Below, in pieces: positions 1 to 15,790 of a stretch of 64,000 nt of DNA. Below the pieces are notes generated by a model that saw only the letters and a program-made list of their open reading frames with translations, had not been told where the DNA came from and did no database searches. The stretch lies in assembly GCA_000320545.1 (NCBI GenBank), contig ADNK01001386.1, positions 62,001-126,000 on the forward strand, read 5' to 3'. Position numbers and translations under genes: made by a program. This DNA comes from Bigelowiella natans CCMP2755 (lineage: Eukaryota > Protista > Cercozoa). Positions within the stretch are counted from its first letter, which is position 1; each line of letters starts with the position of its first letter.

Positions 1-69
1 TGCGTGCTTGTGCTGGCACTATAAACGTGCGGACGAGGAAGAAGACGGAATAGTGTTATTGGCTTGCAG

Positions 70-1354
70 CAATTCTCCCAACCTCCACCTCGATCAACCT
101 CCCTGATGATAACAATACATCGTATGATTTCAAGGGACACCCGCAAAGCTGGATGCTTGTCTGCGGTACGTCTCTGAACACAGGATCGATAGTTGAAGAA
201 GAAGAAGAAGAAGAAGAAGAAGAAGAAGAAGAAACAGAAGAAGTAGCAGCCGCCATGGGTGTTGGACGGTTTTGCTAACTGCTTATTTGCCGTCATCGGC
301 CGGGTGTTATTTGTAGGGCAGAATCCTGCATATGACGAGTTTCCATGCCAGTATCAGATGTTCTATCGAGGAAAAGCACGGAATTCTGTTTGGTATGATG
401 AAGGCGGAGGAAGAGGAGGAGGACATATAATGATGCCACGTCTTATATCACGCTTTAGAAATGATTTTAAAAAAATAAGAACGAATTCCAGTGGCCACAA
501 CACAAACACGCAAAATAAAGGCAAGCAGCAGGGTAAAGGAAAAAAGAGAAGTATATAAATATAAATATAAATATATATATATATATGTAGGTATAACCCC
601 GTGTTCAAGGTCCTGACTCTTGATGGCAAAGAGGTTGTGTGCATCTGTGCGTGTGTACAAGTGGGGTGATATCAGCCAGTAAGGGGGGATCTTCGTGTCC
701 AAGACTATGCACATCAACATCGTAGTCTTTCGATTCGATGAATAGGAAGAAAAGACACGAGCGGCGCCAGCAGCAGCAGCAGTAGTAGTAGTAGTAGAAA
801 TAGTAGAAGAGGGAGACGGGTGAGGAAGAGGATTGCTCTACTAATGTGTTAATCGATACTCGCCGACGTGAATTAGTGTTAACATACCGATGACCTTACT
901 CAATGATCCCACATCTCAGGAATGGCGGCGCAGCGACTACAAGGTGATGACATCTTCAAGATCCCATAGCAGAAGCAGCAAAAGCAGCACATAGAAAGAA
1001 GACACCCTCCCTCCACCCCCCCCCCCCCCCTCCATTCCCCCTCATCTCCCAGGTCCGACGAGAGAAAACCCCGGGGAAGTTCCGCCTTTCTTTCTGCGAC
1101 AACGGCGTCACCTCGCAAGAGCACTGGCACATCGTAGATGCAGACGATGAGCTTCGGTGGGTCGTGTTGTACTATTCAGGTACGGAGCGGCGAAATTGAA
1201 CGAAAGACCTTCCCTTACGACACGACGACGATGATGATGACGATGATGATGATGTCGCGGATAAATGATATTATTAACAGCGATGAGCGAATACGTGATG
1301 GATGTGCCGTTTGGTAATGATTAGGTGCTGCAGCAACGGCTGGCCAGGCATATG

Positions 1355-1389
<35 letters not shown>

Positions 1390-1735
1390 CATCGTCATCG
1401 TCATTGCTTCAGTTGAGGCATGCATACAAATGATGATGATGATGATGATAATGATTATGATTATGATGATAACACCAAAAATCGATGAGCTTTGATTTTA
1501 GCACAATGAGTGTATTTTGGCAATAGATCCGCTTCCATCCTTCTCCTTGAGTAATTTCTGACACACACTCGATTTCTCATTTCGTCTTGTTTTCCTTCCT
1601 TACCTCCTTTTGTTCTAGCTTGGCGCCATGCTCGCGACACCAGATGGGTAGTATTGTATGGTAGTAGTAGCAATGGTAGTGTGTAAATGTATAGCGGGCT
1701 ATAAACTCACTCTTAAATGTGTTCATGAGCGTCGC

Positions 1736-1785
<50 letters not shown>

Positions 1786-2422
1786 CATCTCCTTCTCAAT
1801 CCGCAACTATCGATGATTAATTAGCAAATGGCCAGAGGAAAGCGAAATGCCAAGAATTACACGGTGCGAGTGCTACTGATTGGCACCACGTGATGATTTC
1901 AACTACGACGTTGTCACCACCGCCACCCCCGCCACTACTACTACATGCCACTGCTAGTGCTACTGCTAACAACAACAACAACAACAACAATAACAATAAG
2001 ACAATTCGCTTTAGACTTTCCTATCCCAGACGTTAACCACTGCTGAACATGATTTTCCCCATAGATCTCTCGAAAGAGCCGGTATCCCATGGCACGAGAT
2101 GGTGGAGGTACGTGCAAGTAGGAGTAACAGTAGTAGAAGTAGTTGTAGTAGGAAGAGTAGTAGCAGCAGTAGTGCTATACAAACCTAACGCTATACACAG
2201 CTGCTACTTTTGTTCGTGCTTTCTCATTGTCTCCAGCTTCTCAAATGGTGGCTGCTGATCATATGTGCCTTTCCTCTCCCTTGCGTACAATAATGTGAAT
2301 AGAATAAAATGATCCAAAACCATGCTCACCCCCCCCCCCCCCCCTTTAAGGTTTGCAATGGAAATTGCGGTGGAGCCCCACTTACGCCCCTGCATCCAGA
2401 AAAGATGATAGCAGGCGGCTAA
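70..2422 (+). CDS. VDR: Violaxanthin de-epoxidase-related protein (lipocalin-like), multi-exon, 5' end outside the window
   Basis: Hand-spliced GT-AG exons give ...SWMLVCGQNPAYDEFPCQYQMFYRGKARNSVWYNPVFKVLTLDGKE-EWRRSDYK-VRREKTPGKFRLSFCDNGVTSQEHWHIVDADDELRWVVLYYSGAAATAGQAY-LGAMLATPDGKWP...VCNGNCGGAPL...TAA(2420-2422). This matches the plant/algal VDR C-terminal signature (GQNPAYDxFPCQYQxFYRGK, DNGVxSxExWxIVD). Confidence 0.92.
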
Positions 2423-2473
2423 ATGTAGGAAGATCGACAGCAACGTGTTATTGCAGTAACGTCTCTTAACTCA

Positions 2474-2539
2474 TCATGAAGTAAGGCATGGAGAAGAAAG
2501 AAGAAATCATGAAGTATGGCATGAAGAAGAAAGAAGAAG
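2474..2539. repeat. 33-bp tandem duplication in the VDR 3' flank
   Basis: tcatgaagtaaggcatggagaagaaagaagaaa is followed directly by tcatgaagtatggcatgaagaagaaagaagaag. Confidence 0.85.
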
Positions 2540-2639
2540 TGCGGAACTCGAATAAGAATCAACGCGGAGCGTATGATAATGGAGTCCCAACAGAGGACAG
2601 TGCATGAGCATGAATCTTCTGGCTTCACCGGTCTACTCA

Positions 2640-3300
2640 ACGGAATGCTGTTCAGCACATGCGACAGCCATGCAGAAGTATATATCAAAATTAAATGAAA
2701 ATTGCAATACTTTTTGCTCTCACATGCGACTCTGCCGCACTGCATGTGTTCTAGTGTTATGCGTGCTCGCTTGCTCACAGGGATTGTGGGCCTACTGCTT
2801 TGCGTACCACCACCACTAATGGGCCATGCATGTGCATGTATTACTTGGTATGATGCACTACAGCCACCGCTAGGTCATAATGGTCTATGTAAAATAAGTG
2901 GTGAGAAAATGCATGCGCGAATCATGTGTATCCATCCAAGCATGTGCATTTGTTATTATGTACATGCGTCCATGAATGAATGCACCCGCATGCACAATGT
3001 GTTGAGGCATTTCCAATAGCTCGAGCGCTAAGTACCACGACGTGTAGACGTAGCCACATAACTAGATTAGGATGACCATTTGTAAATATTTAATTTATTC
3101 ATTACATTCGTCTCGTAGGGGTAGGACTGTGATCTGTGCCAGGTGCAGCTTACACGATGGCTACGAACGTATGCATATATGCATTTTACATGCCAGCGAT
3201 TAAGTGACAGGGTTGTAATCCTCGCCGAATACGGCTCGTATCTTGAACTCCCACTCGTCTTACGCAACACTTAATGTACTCACTAACATTTAATGCTATT
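2640..3300. other. Convergent 3' spacer (VDR / DUF179) rich in TG/CA and in palindromes such as GCATGC and TGCA
   Basis: Dense catgcatgtgcatg-type alternating purine/pyrimidine tracts. TpA is still present, so any conversion is partial. Confidence 0.6.
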
Positions 3301-3339
3301 ATTTATCGTCTTATACACATTGGTAGCTATCGTCTTGAT

Positions 3340-6431
<3,092 letters not shown>

Positions 6432-6647
6432 GATGGAACTCCGTCTGTGGTTTTGTTTAATATTTTTCTTCTGCGTCATTTAGATCAAAAAATATGGGAA
6501 AAGTACCTAATTTAATCGATGAATATTATTTCCCTTCTCGTCTTTCTCTTCGTGTTGCTTTTGGCACCTTTCTCTCTGGGCAATAAAATCACCGAAATAT
6601 TAAGGATGATTTGCTGCTCGATGGAAAAAGAGTAGAATCGAGATAGA

Positions 6648-7290
6648 TGGAGTGAGATGCATGGGCTTTGCTGAGATGCACGAACCGATTCCAAAATCAT
6701 CCCTGTGATCAGTTGGGATTCAAAACGTGACACAGCGTGGCAACCACTGAGGTGTGCGATCAACACACGAGCGGGCAGACTAGCATGTCGGTGAACGCCT
6801 CGCCGCGGCCATTCTGGCATTGCTAGTATGGGCTGCGAGGGATGGTTTCTCACATGATGATTCCAGAATTGCACAAGCTTGCCATGCTGCATCAATCACA
6901 TCAGCACACATGCGGTAGTCAGGTGCGCCATGAGATCGACGTGCATCATTCACATTCTGCTAGCATTGCGGACACATGTCTAGATGTGCACGTCCAGACA
7001 TCTAGACGTGCTGCACACGCATCGCATTCACATGGCATGCCATGCTAGCATGTTGCACAACAATGGACATCGTTTGTACGTTGAACATCCTAGCATCGCA
7101 CACATGCCTAGATGCTAGCATGTGCATCGCATCTAGAGTAGTAGATGCACTCATCTAGCACTGTCTAGCTATGTCCAGCTGTTGCACGCTCGCATCGCTA
7201 GATCGGCCATTTAATTAATGATTGAACATACGCATATGATACACATGCTAGTGACCAGTTGCCTCACACTCACTAGCTAGCTAGTCTGCA
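6648..7290. other. TpA-depleted, CTAG-rich intergenic island downstream of RlmN
   Basis: Manual count for 6648-7205: about 13 TpA inside CTAG and about 6 outside. CpG is retained. Confidence 0.8.
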
Positions 7291-7383
7291 TCGCACCATA
7301 TGACTTAGTCAAGGGCAACGACCTGATGGCTTGCTTGTCAAAAAAAATTATTGCCTTGATTACGGCTGCTGCTGATGCACATC

Positions 7384-9320
7384 TCATTTTGGATTTGGAA
7401 CGTCGTTCGGATCGTCGATAAGCTCATTGGACATTCTGACTGTCAACTGGCCACACCCTGTACCAAATCACAAATGTGGTTAGGAAACACGGCATTACTA
7501 GGATTCAGTAGTACATATTATCATGGCAGCTTGAGAGTAAGCACCTCCATCGATGTCTATTCCCCTCCTAACACGCAAGGTGGCCGGAATTCCAAGCTCA
7601 TTAAGGTCTTCCACAAAGCTCTTTGCAGAGGCCTTCGAAGCTTTCCCAGGATATCTGCGGTGCAGTGCGGTGCAATGATACAGTGCATGTTGGTCGTGAC
7701 TAACAGAAGTATCTTGCGAGTAGCCATCACACTGTGCACCCTATCACCAAAAATGAAGCTACGTGTTGATTGCTAGTGGATGTGTCAGAAATGCTCCGTT
7801 TCGTCCTACCCAGCTGTCGGATTCACAGGGATAACATTTACGTGACACTTGAGACCCTGGCAAAATCATTATTGCTGCAATTTATGATGGTGCCACCTTA
7901 CGCTACGATGCTGATCTAAGCATTGTAATCGAGTGAGTGAGTTGGTAAGGTAGGTAGACCCTGAGCAGAGCGGCTAGCTCTTTTGCGTCGTCTTTTGAAT
8001 CATTCTCTCCAGCTATGCTTGCCTGATAGAGGAGGGAGCGGCATGGCGGCCAGTCATCATATTACATTACTTCTACTACCACAGCAACATTAATAAATCC
8101 ACCGAAGCTTGTTTTATTCTTCCTAACATTGCTATTTCTAGGTTGCCTTCTAATCTCGAGAAGGAAACGAAGAATAAACGAGGCATAACGGCTTCCCCGT
8201 AAACGATGACGACGTCTCTGACTATCAATAAGAAAGTATGGTTACTACCCATTCGAAAGTGATGCGCCTGTTCGTCTTAAACACGTAATATCTGCATGCC
8301 TGATAGATGAAGAGGATGTACAATGGTTTCAATACTGAAAGCGTAGTAGCAGTTGTCGTGGTAGTAGTACTAAAGAGGCATAGACGTTATATCGTAGTGA
8401 TCGATGATTGGTGGTCATTTACTTTACGATGATGATAATCATGGTAATGATGATGAGGAAAATGATGGCGGAGGGGGGGGCCATGTTGACCATATATCAA
8501 CACTCGTCACTCTATATTGATGTATTCGAGATCCGTTGTCACCCCACGTGGGAGGAAAGACTTGAAGGCTACCCTTTCTTACTAATATTGACTTTCCAAG
8601 TTTTCAGAGTTCATCGATTTTTCCCTCACCTGTATTAACTCCGCGACGCTCCACCTTCTATTTACCTTGAGAGAATTATGCATGCACACGTTCCCGTTAC
8701 ACGATGACGATGAGACATTGATCAGCATCGTACCATAAAATAGCAGGCGCGCGCCGAAAGGGGGAGTAATAGCAGTCGTGGTAGTAGCAGTTGTAGTAGA
8801 AGTAGTAGTAGTATTACCGGCATGAGATCGCCTCTTTTCTCGTCATTGGCGCAATGCAACGAGACAGCCAGCGTCACTTGAGAGTTCATGTCGGCAAACT
8901 CGTAGATCTTGGGCACAATTCCTAGTTTCCATCGTATAGTTATGGTATGATTTCAGACGATGCAAGCGGTGTTTTGGGTAGTACCTACTGTCGATACTGT
9001 CACGTGTCGCCAGCCTAATGTACACAGATTGGATCAGAAGATAGCATATACACTTGTTCGTGCATGCTACCAATGTTGAGTGTGCCGTGTATGCGATTCA
9101 ACGCATTAATAACGTTGTCGTAATTGGCAAAGGGCTCTCCCATGCCCATAAAGACAACATTAGACAAGCGTTTCCCCTCCTGTTGAAGCTCCTGTGAGAA
9201 TCGAAATGCCTGTGTGCAAAGGCAAGTATAGCAGCAGTAGCAGCATTTCCTTATCTCTGTGAACACTTTCATTGGCAAGCTTGTTGCAAAAAGGAAAGAG
9301 GGAGAGAAGGGGAAAGAGAG

Positions 9321-9360
<40 letters not shown>

Positions 9361-9796
9361 AAGCATTGTTGCTTCCTTAGGTTGTGAACCTTAGCGCTAT
9401 ATATTGATAATAGTTGTAGCACCTGCTCAAATATCTCGTCTGATGATAGATGGCGCCCAAACCCCATTTGGCCTGGTTGTTCATATCATCACACAATCGA
9501 ACAATGCAGTGAAAGGAAAAATGTGAGAAGCAACTCCTAAGTACCCGAGGGAAAGTGGGGGCAGAGGCGACGAGGAGAAGGGTTGCGGTTAGCGTTAACA
9601 TAAAAGAGCAAACGATAATACGACAAGGGGGGTCACGAGACATATGAGATCATTGTTGGTTTTGTCATACCTGTAGCACAAAATACACATCCTTGAGCAC
9701 AACCGGCCTGTGAGGAAATGCATGCAGTGTATCGCCTAACCAGATATAAGTTAAAGAAAATCAGTAAAATCAGTAGGAAGAGATAAAATAATGATG

Positions 9797-9830
<34 letters not shown>

Positions 9831-10743
9831 TGCGGTGCGCGTGGTGCGTGTGTGAGAGCGCGTAGAGTACAAAATAGCGGCCGGTCACCGCGATGTTACC
9901 CATCATCGTAAGGCATCAGAACAGATTCAATAAGTCGGTCATCGTGAAGAGCGTATGCGCGCTTTATCGTTCCATCCTAAATGGAATTGGCAGCTTCAGC
10001 AAAAAGGTTACTACCCTGCCTAACAATCTTGCTATTGTTTGTAGAACTGCTGCTACATCTTTGTTTATCGTGATGTGGTTGGACAGACTTTGCTAACTTG
10101 TTCCTTCGCAATTTTTAAAGATCCTATTGTTGCTGCGCGTTCGAGTTTTTCCCGGACTTTAGTGGGAAGCGCACTCATTTCAGAGAAGCTTTGAATTCTC
10201 TGAGGAAATGATTCATTAAGGAGGTGATGCAATTGGTGAACATGTTTATTACAGTATCGAATATGGCCTTATGAAGCTGCTTCGCACGAAATTTGGGTTC
10301 TCCAAAAGATGACATAAGGTTTTCCATTTCCTAAAACGACGATTCATAGCAAATTCTGAGTACGATGGGCTCTCATCGATGATCGTATGAAATGCTATAT
10401 TCAGGACACTTACTGAAAGGGACAACTTCAGAAGGTCCAATTTAAGATCCTGCCCAAGTTGAGTCTCTGGGGCTTGTATTGTTGGGGTAGCATCAGCATT
10501 CTCATTTATACTGCAGTGTATTGCTCCCTTCCGTCTACCAAATTCTCGCGAATATAGAGAAGGCTGCTTACGGCCCCCCCTCAGAGACTGCCTCACAGTT
10601 AGTCTCCCAAGATTTCTATTCCTTAAAAGCGGTAGCGATTTGGAATTATGTAGGACTAGTCTTTTAGGGTGAGAGAGAGCTGAGGTAATTATGAGAATTG
10701 TAAGCAGTATCTGCTTCCTCCCACCACCAACAGTGTACTCCAT
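7384..10743 (-). CDS. rlmN: Radical-SAM dual-specificity RNA methyltransferase RlmN, probably plastid-targeted, multi-exon
   Basis: Motifs [20 protein letters not shown] (CxxxCxxC), [47 protein letters not shown]; stop 7384-7386. The N-terminus has a hydrophobic signal peptide then an Arg/Ser-rich transit-like region with SLRGG. Confidence 0.95.
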
Positions 10744-11157
10744 TGATACTGCTTGCCTTCTTCACCTCCTCCTCCTCCTCCTTCCAACTACCGTTCTTTT
10801 ACGTTGTGATCCACTTAATTTTTGCCTTGCTGGGGCCCGCCCTACTAGAAAACTGTAAACTGGGCGAAGGTTTACGAGATTTCGGATGCAGAAGCAGGAG
10901 GAGGGGAAGGTACCCCTTGCTTGCTTTCTGATTCTTGTCGTTGCACCTGAAATACAGATCATTTTACGGTTGGAGAGAGTCAAAAATGTTGTCGTTTATC
11001 AGATATATATATAATAATGTACAAAGTCTTTCTATTTCTCCTCTGCGACATAGTTAAAACCGCTATTCGTGTATAAATCGGGGCTCAGTCAGGATACGCT
11101 GATCAGAACAGTTGAGGACAAGCAACAAGCCCATGATTGGGGGGTGACGGAACGATT
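10744..11157. promoter_or_regulatory. Short divergent (head-to-head) promoter region
   Basis: About 410 bp between the ATGs of rlmN (-) and the next gene (+), with an AT-rich TATATA tract near 11002-11020. TpA is not depleted here. Confidence 0.55.
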
Positions 11158-12803
11158 ATGCGTGTGGGATGGAAGCTGATCTGCACCTCCTTAAATTGGA
11201 CGTTAGTAACTCTATGTCTAGTCTTCCCTCTTGCAACTTCGTACTCAACGGTTGGAGGTGCCTTAAACTTTGTGCAAATTAAGACTAATCTTCCGTTAAT
11301 TGTGCCCGCTAGCATTGGCCAACTACTGACTCAAATTTACGCTTACAGGGAAGAACTGCACAAGACAAAACTCACACAATCCAGAGAATGGTGTGGATCT
11401 CTTCCGCGTGAGCAAAGTTCTAAATCCCCCTGAACCGAAGGCTGGGGAGCAGGTCGAGCTGGGGATTCGAATCGAGTACTTCGATACTGAAAACGGGCGC
11501 GATGGAGAATGGCATTATTTGACTTGGCATAACCTGATGGAGCACCACTCACGGAAAGTAAAAGCATACATTATTGCATGACATCTTCGATCGTTGTCGG
11601 TCAACGGCAACCAATTTAGCTATTACGTGAATTTCGTTAAAATCGAAAGAATCGTTGTGTGACTTACCGACGCACCCATCCCCCCCCCCCCCCCACCCAT
11701 CCACAGATTCATGTGCAGGTCGTGAGTGGATCCCTCGACTACCTATGGCACATTCACCCAGATGAGAGCGGGTCAGCAGTGTCTTCTTGGGAGACGACCT
11801 TCAAGGTGTCCTTCACGCCCCCAAGGGCAGGGGTGCATCGAGTTCTACTAACGGCGCTGGCGCGGGCCGACCCGGATTTGAACATGTGTGTCTCGGAGGA
11901 CGCCTATCACTCTCACCAGGGTTCCGAGGTGGGGGCTATTATTTCCAAAACGATCGAAGGTGTGACAGTGTACGGGTACCCTGGGGAGCGATCTGTCGGT
12001 CCTAGATGGGATGTGGGTGCGCTCAGACCAGGCCTCATTGGAGTGCCGCCTGGGCCAAGGGGCAGCATTTCTGTCGCTCAGATGCAAGACACAGAAGACT
12101 GCTCAGCTTATCGATCGCCGGTGCGGTTTGATGCGAGCCTCAGCCTCCAGTTGGTAGCGAAGAACATAAGGGCTCACACGGCACTAGGACTGTCGCTAGC
12201 CGACGCACGGGCCAGGAGACGCTGGCACTTGCAAACAGGTGGTAGATGATAGCATTATCGATCGACTTCACTTCGCTTCTTCGCTTTAATCCGACCATTC
12301 AGTCTCTTTTTCTTCTCATCGCGGTTTCCGCAGGTTCGACGCCAGGTGTTTACAACTCAATGTCCTTGGAGCTAGGCACGTATGGATGCGTTCTCTTCCA
12401 GATCGAGATCAACCCTTCTGCCACGGACAGAAACTGTAAGTGGTGGTGCTCAACCGTTCTCTCGTCGTAGTCTTCCTCGTCGTAGTATAAGGAGGGGGAG
12501 TCCTAGATATTGGCGCAGCCAATGCCATTTGCCTTCTTCTTCTACTTCCTCTTCATCTCTTCTCTTAAGCTGTTTACCGTGATCACCACCAATCGACGCG
12601 CATGATTGTTAAGAATCATGGCCTCTCATTCGTAGACACGATGGAGTTGTATATGGGGGCTGAAGCACACGCAATGGTCGCTCCTCTCGATACCTCTCAG
12701 CCCATGCATCACACGCACGGAAGGTGGTTAACGTAGTAGTAGTAGTAGTAGTAATAATAGTAGCAGTGCTCGATGTTGTCGATAACGTCGTTGTACGTGT
12801 GAA

Positions 12804-12843
<40 letters not shown>

Positions 12844-13270
12844 TTCCATCAACAACAACACGTTGTTGCATTATGGGAAAACAACATATGTGTGTATCAC
12901 AACTATCTGTCCTTCCTTTGCTGATCTTTCTATTGAACTACCACCGCCTCCACCACCACCATCAGCTCGATTTATCGAGGAGCGGATGCGATTACGTGTG
13001 CGCACACCGATTTCCCGACCCCCCCCCCTGCGAGCTTCCCGAACGTGGTCGTAGGTCTGCACGATGATGACGACGATGATGATGACGATGATGATGGTTA
13101 TGCTCAATTCAGATCAGTTGTTTAGGTTGTTCAGATAAACAGGCACAGCCATTACCAAACACATAGCGTCGTCGTTGTCGTCACTCTTCCTCCCTAGGTT
13201 CCTTCCCTGTATATTCTGCCGGGATATATCTCCTCGTGGCGTGGCTCAAGTAATAATGATAATGATAATG

Positions 13271-13301
<31 letters not shown>

Positions 13302-13429
13302 GGCATTCACCTAACAGCTGACAATGATGGCTGTGTACATGAAACAAACGGGAAATATCATCATCATCATCATCATCATCATCATCGTTGCTTCTAATCG
13401 TTGTCTTCTAACAAGTACTGCTACTACTT

Positions 13430-13460
<31 letters not shown>

Positions 13461-15188
13461 CTTCCTACCTACCTACCTACCTACCATGATCGATCAGAGT
13501 CGATGGGAAGATATACAAGCCACAATGGAACTTCACCGTGGGCAACTGTGGAGGGGTGATAACTAGGCTGAGTACCAAAACAACAATGGCTTGGTTCCTG
13601 TATGATGTCATCTGGCAGCATTGAGCGAGGGAGAGAGTGATAGCGATATGACGACAACGAAGAAGAAGAACAAGAAGACTCAGAAGCTCATTATTGTGAA
13701 TATTTTCACAGTTCAATGCACTTCTTGTTCTTCTTCTTTTCTTCTTCTTCTTCTTTTCTTCTTCTTCTTCTTCTTCTACTTTTCTTCTTCTTCTTCTTTT
13801 CTTCTTCTTCTTCTTCTACTACTACTACTTCTACTTCTTTTTCTCATCACTCATTCGCTCATTAGGGAATTTCCAGCCAGAGCCTATGCGATGGATTTAA
13901 TACCAAAACGCTCTTTGGACGCGATCCCTCGTAATGCTCCTATTCTACGACAGTATCAACAATATCACATATTAAGTAAAAAAGTGAAAATCGTCGACTT
14001 GTGGTACTTTTCCGTGGGTGCTGCTACAACCGAACAACTAGTCCATTGTAGGATTTGTAGCACGTAGAATTATTGAATGCAAAGCTTTACGTTCACATCC
14101 TCGATGCGGTGTTGCTTCCCCGCCCCCCCTCCTCTTCCCTTCCTCAATGCGATGATCAGCTGCAAGAGGGATGCAGTTATTCTTGCTTCTCCTCCTCCTA
14201 ATTCCGATGAGTCGTCCACCAGGTAGTAACATGCTCTCGTGTAGCTGATGACCTATAATACCTTACTCATCTTCCTTCCCCTCCCCCTCCCCTTCCTCCT
14301 GCCCCGATAAATAAATAAAACAGCAACGATGGCCTGAGCCCCACAGCTGTAGCTTTTATTGTAATAGCTTGCCTGTTGATCCCAGTTGCGCTCTTGGTAT
14401 GCTATTGGAAGCGCGAGCAGCTTCCAAGTGCCTGCCCGGTCATGTTCGGCAGCGGAGGCAGCGTCACCGCTATACATGCTGCGGACAACAAACAGGTGAT
14501 GCAGTTTTCTAATATACGGCTACAAACAAAGATTCTCTTGTCTTGTGTTGTCTGCTCGAAAGAGGGGAATTCCGCAATGGCATCACTCGTTTCCCAAAGT
14601 TATTCTTCTCTTTCTCTTTTTCCTATCCCTCTCTCCCCTCTGTCCTCTTCTCCCCCCCCCCCCATCGCCCAGATCGAAGAGATTGAGTTGGCGAATAGAA
14701 TCAGTAAAAGAAGAAGGCGGAGGCAACGACAGGAAGGGAAGAGGCAAAACCGCGATGTGCAGCAGCTGGAGAGGCGTAGTATGGACGATAGCATCAGCGC
14801 TATTCAACGAAATCTTGGGGGGCAGGTGCAGTACAGAAGAAGGAAGAACAAGAGACGAACAAGAAGATTCGTGTGCTACGTGTGCTTGCAGTCATGCGTG
14901 TGGTGATGTGTACTTGTGCGATAAACGGGTGGTATCTGACACTTTCTATCCCTCTTCACCCCCGTTTTTCCACAGCAACATGCTCTCACATCGTGCGAAT
15001 TGTTCCTGATAATGCCATTGTAGGATTCTATGGGCATGGTGGAAGATGTTATAACAGACGACTCTGAAGACGACGATGATCTAAATGGGAATTCCATATC
15101 CAATACACACTCCAGAGATCGAGATAGTGTCGTTGGCCATGGCCTCGCCGTGAGCGCGTGGAGCGTTAATTCAAGCCATGGCGTATAA
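11158..15188 (+). CDS. Type-I membrane protein with two His-rich (HxHP-type) putative metal-binding modules, multi-exon
   Basis: Signal peptide MRVGWKLICTSLNWTLVTLCLVFPLATS; module 1 LMEHHSRK-IHVQVVSGSLDYLWHIHP; module 2 MELYMGAEAHAMVAPLDTSQPMHHTHG; TM segment AVAFIVIACLLIPVALLVCYWKR (about 14347-14415); basic then acidic tail ending TAA 15186-15188. Internal exons are only partly resolved. Confidence 0.7.
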
Positions 15189-15189
15189 G

Positions 15190-15790
15190 CTCTCCAATAT
15201 GTTGTTGCATGCGTGCATAATCTAGATAACTTTGTCTCACCTCCTATAAAAGAGGATATTCATTCACATTTTTTGCGTGGAGATAAGACAGATGTAATTA
15301 ATCTATTAAATTTGTTCAATAGTCATCCTTGCTAGCTTGTGTAGCTGTGCAATGCAGCGGCTACAGCGCTAATGTTAAATCTGTTAGTCTGACCTATGAT
15401 GTATTTCATGCAATTGAATGCATGTTGTTTCGGTCTTTAATGTCGCACATTTCGCGCAGAGATATGTAGGGCATTTTATAGCATGGCCGTGTCGCTGGAT
15501 CGGTGCCGTTATTCTGTGACTGCGTGCGCACCGCTATTCATGCTTTGGCACGTGTTTGACACATCTAGACATGTGCCATGTGATAAATTACGCACGCATA
15601 TTCACTTGTATGAACATATTTCATTGACCATACAACCATGCATTTTAACAAGCGCATCACGTCGTCGCAACACATTCTTTGTCGTATGACAGGCCGTAGT
15701 TTGTATGTGGTATCGTTTTGCTTCATCCTCAAATATCATTGCGCAACGCGTGCATGACCACGCAGGCATTGCTACCATTCGCAATGTCAA
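15190..15790. other. Convergent 3' spacer with TG/CA-rich composition
   Basis: Lies between two stop codons and is rich in tgca, gcatg, catgtg and tctaga. TpA loss is partial. Confidence 0.55.

Noticed and set aside
591-680. In-frame TGA after PCSRS suggesting a selenoprotein
   Set aside because: Splicing at TG|gtatga...tag|G gives WYNPVFKVLTLDGKE, which matches VDR in another frame, so no Sec is needed.
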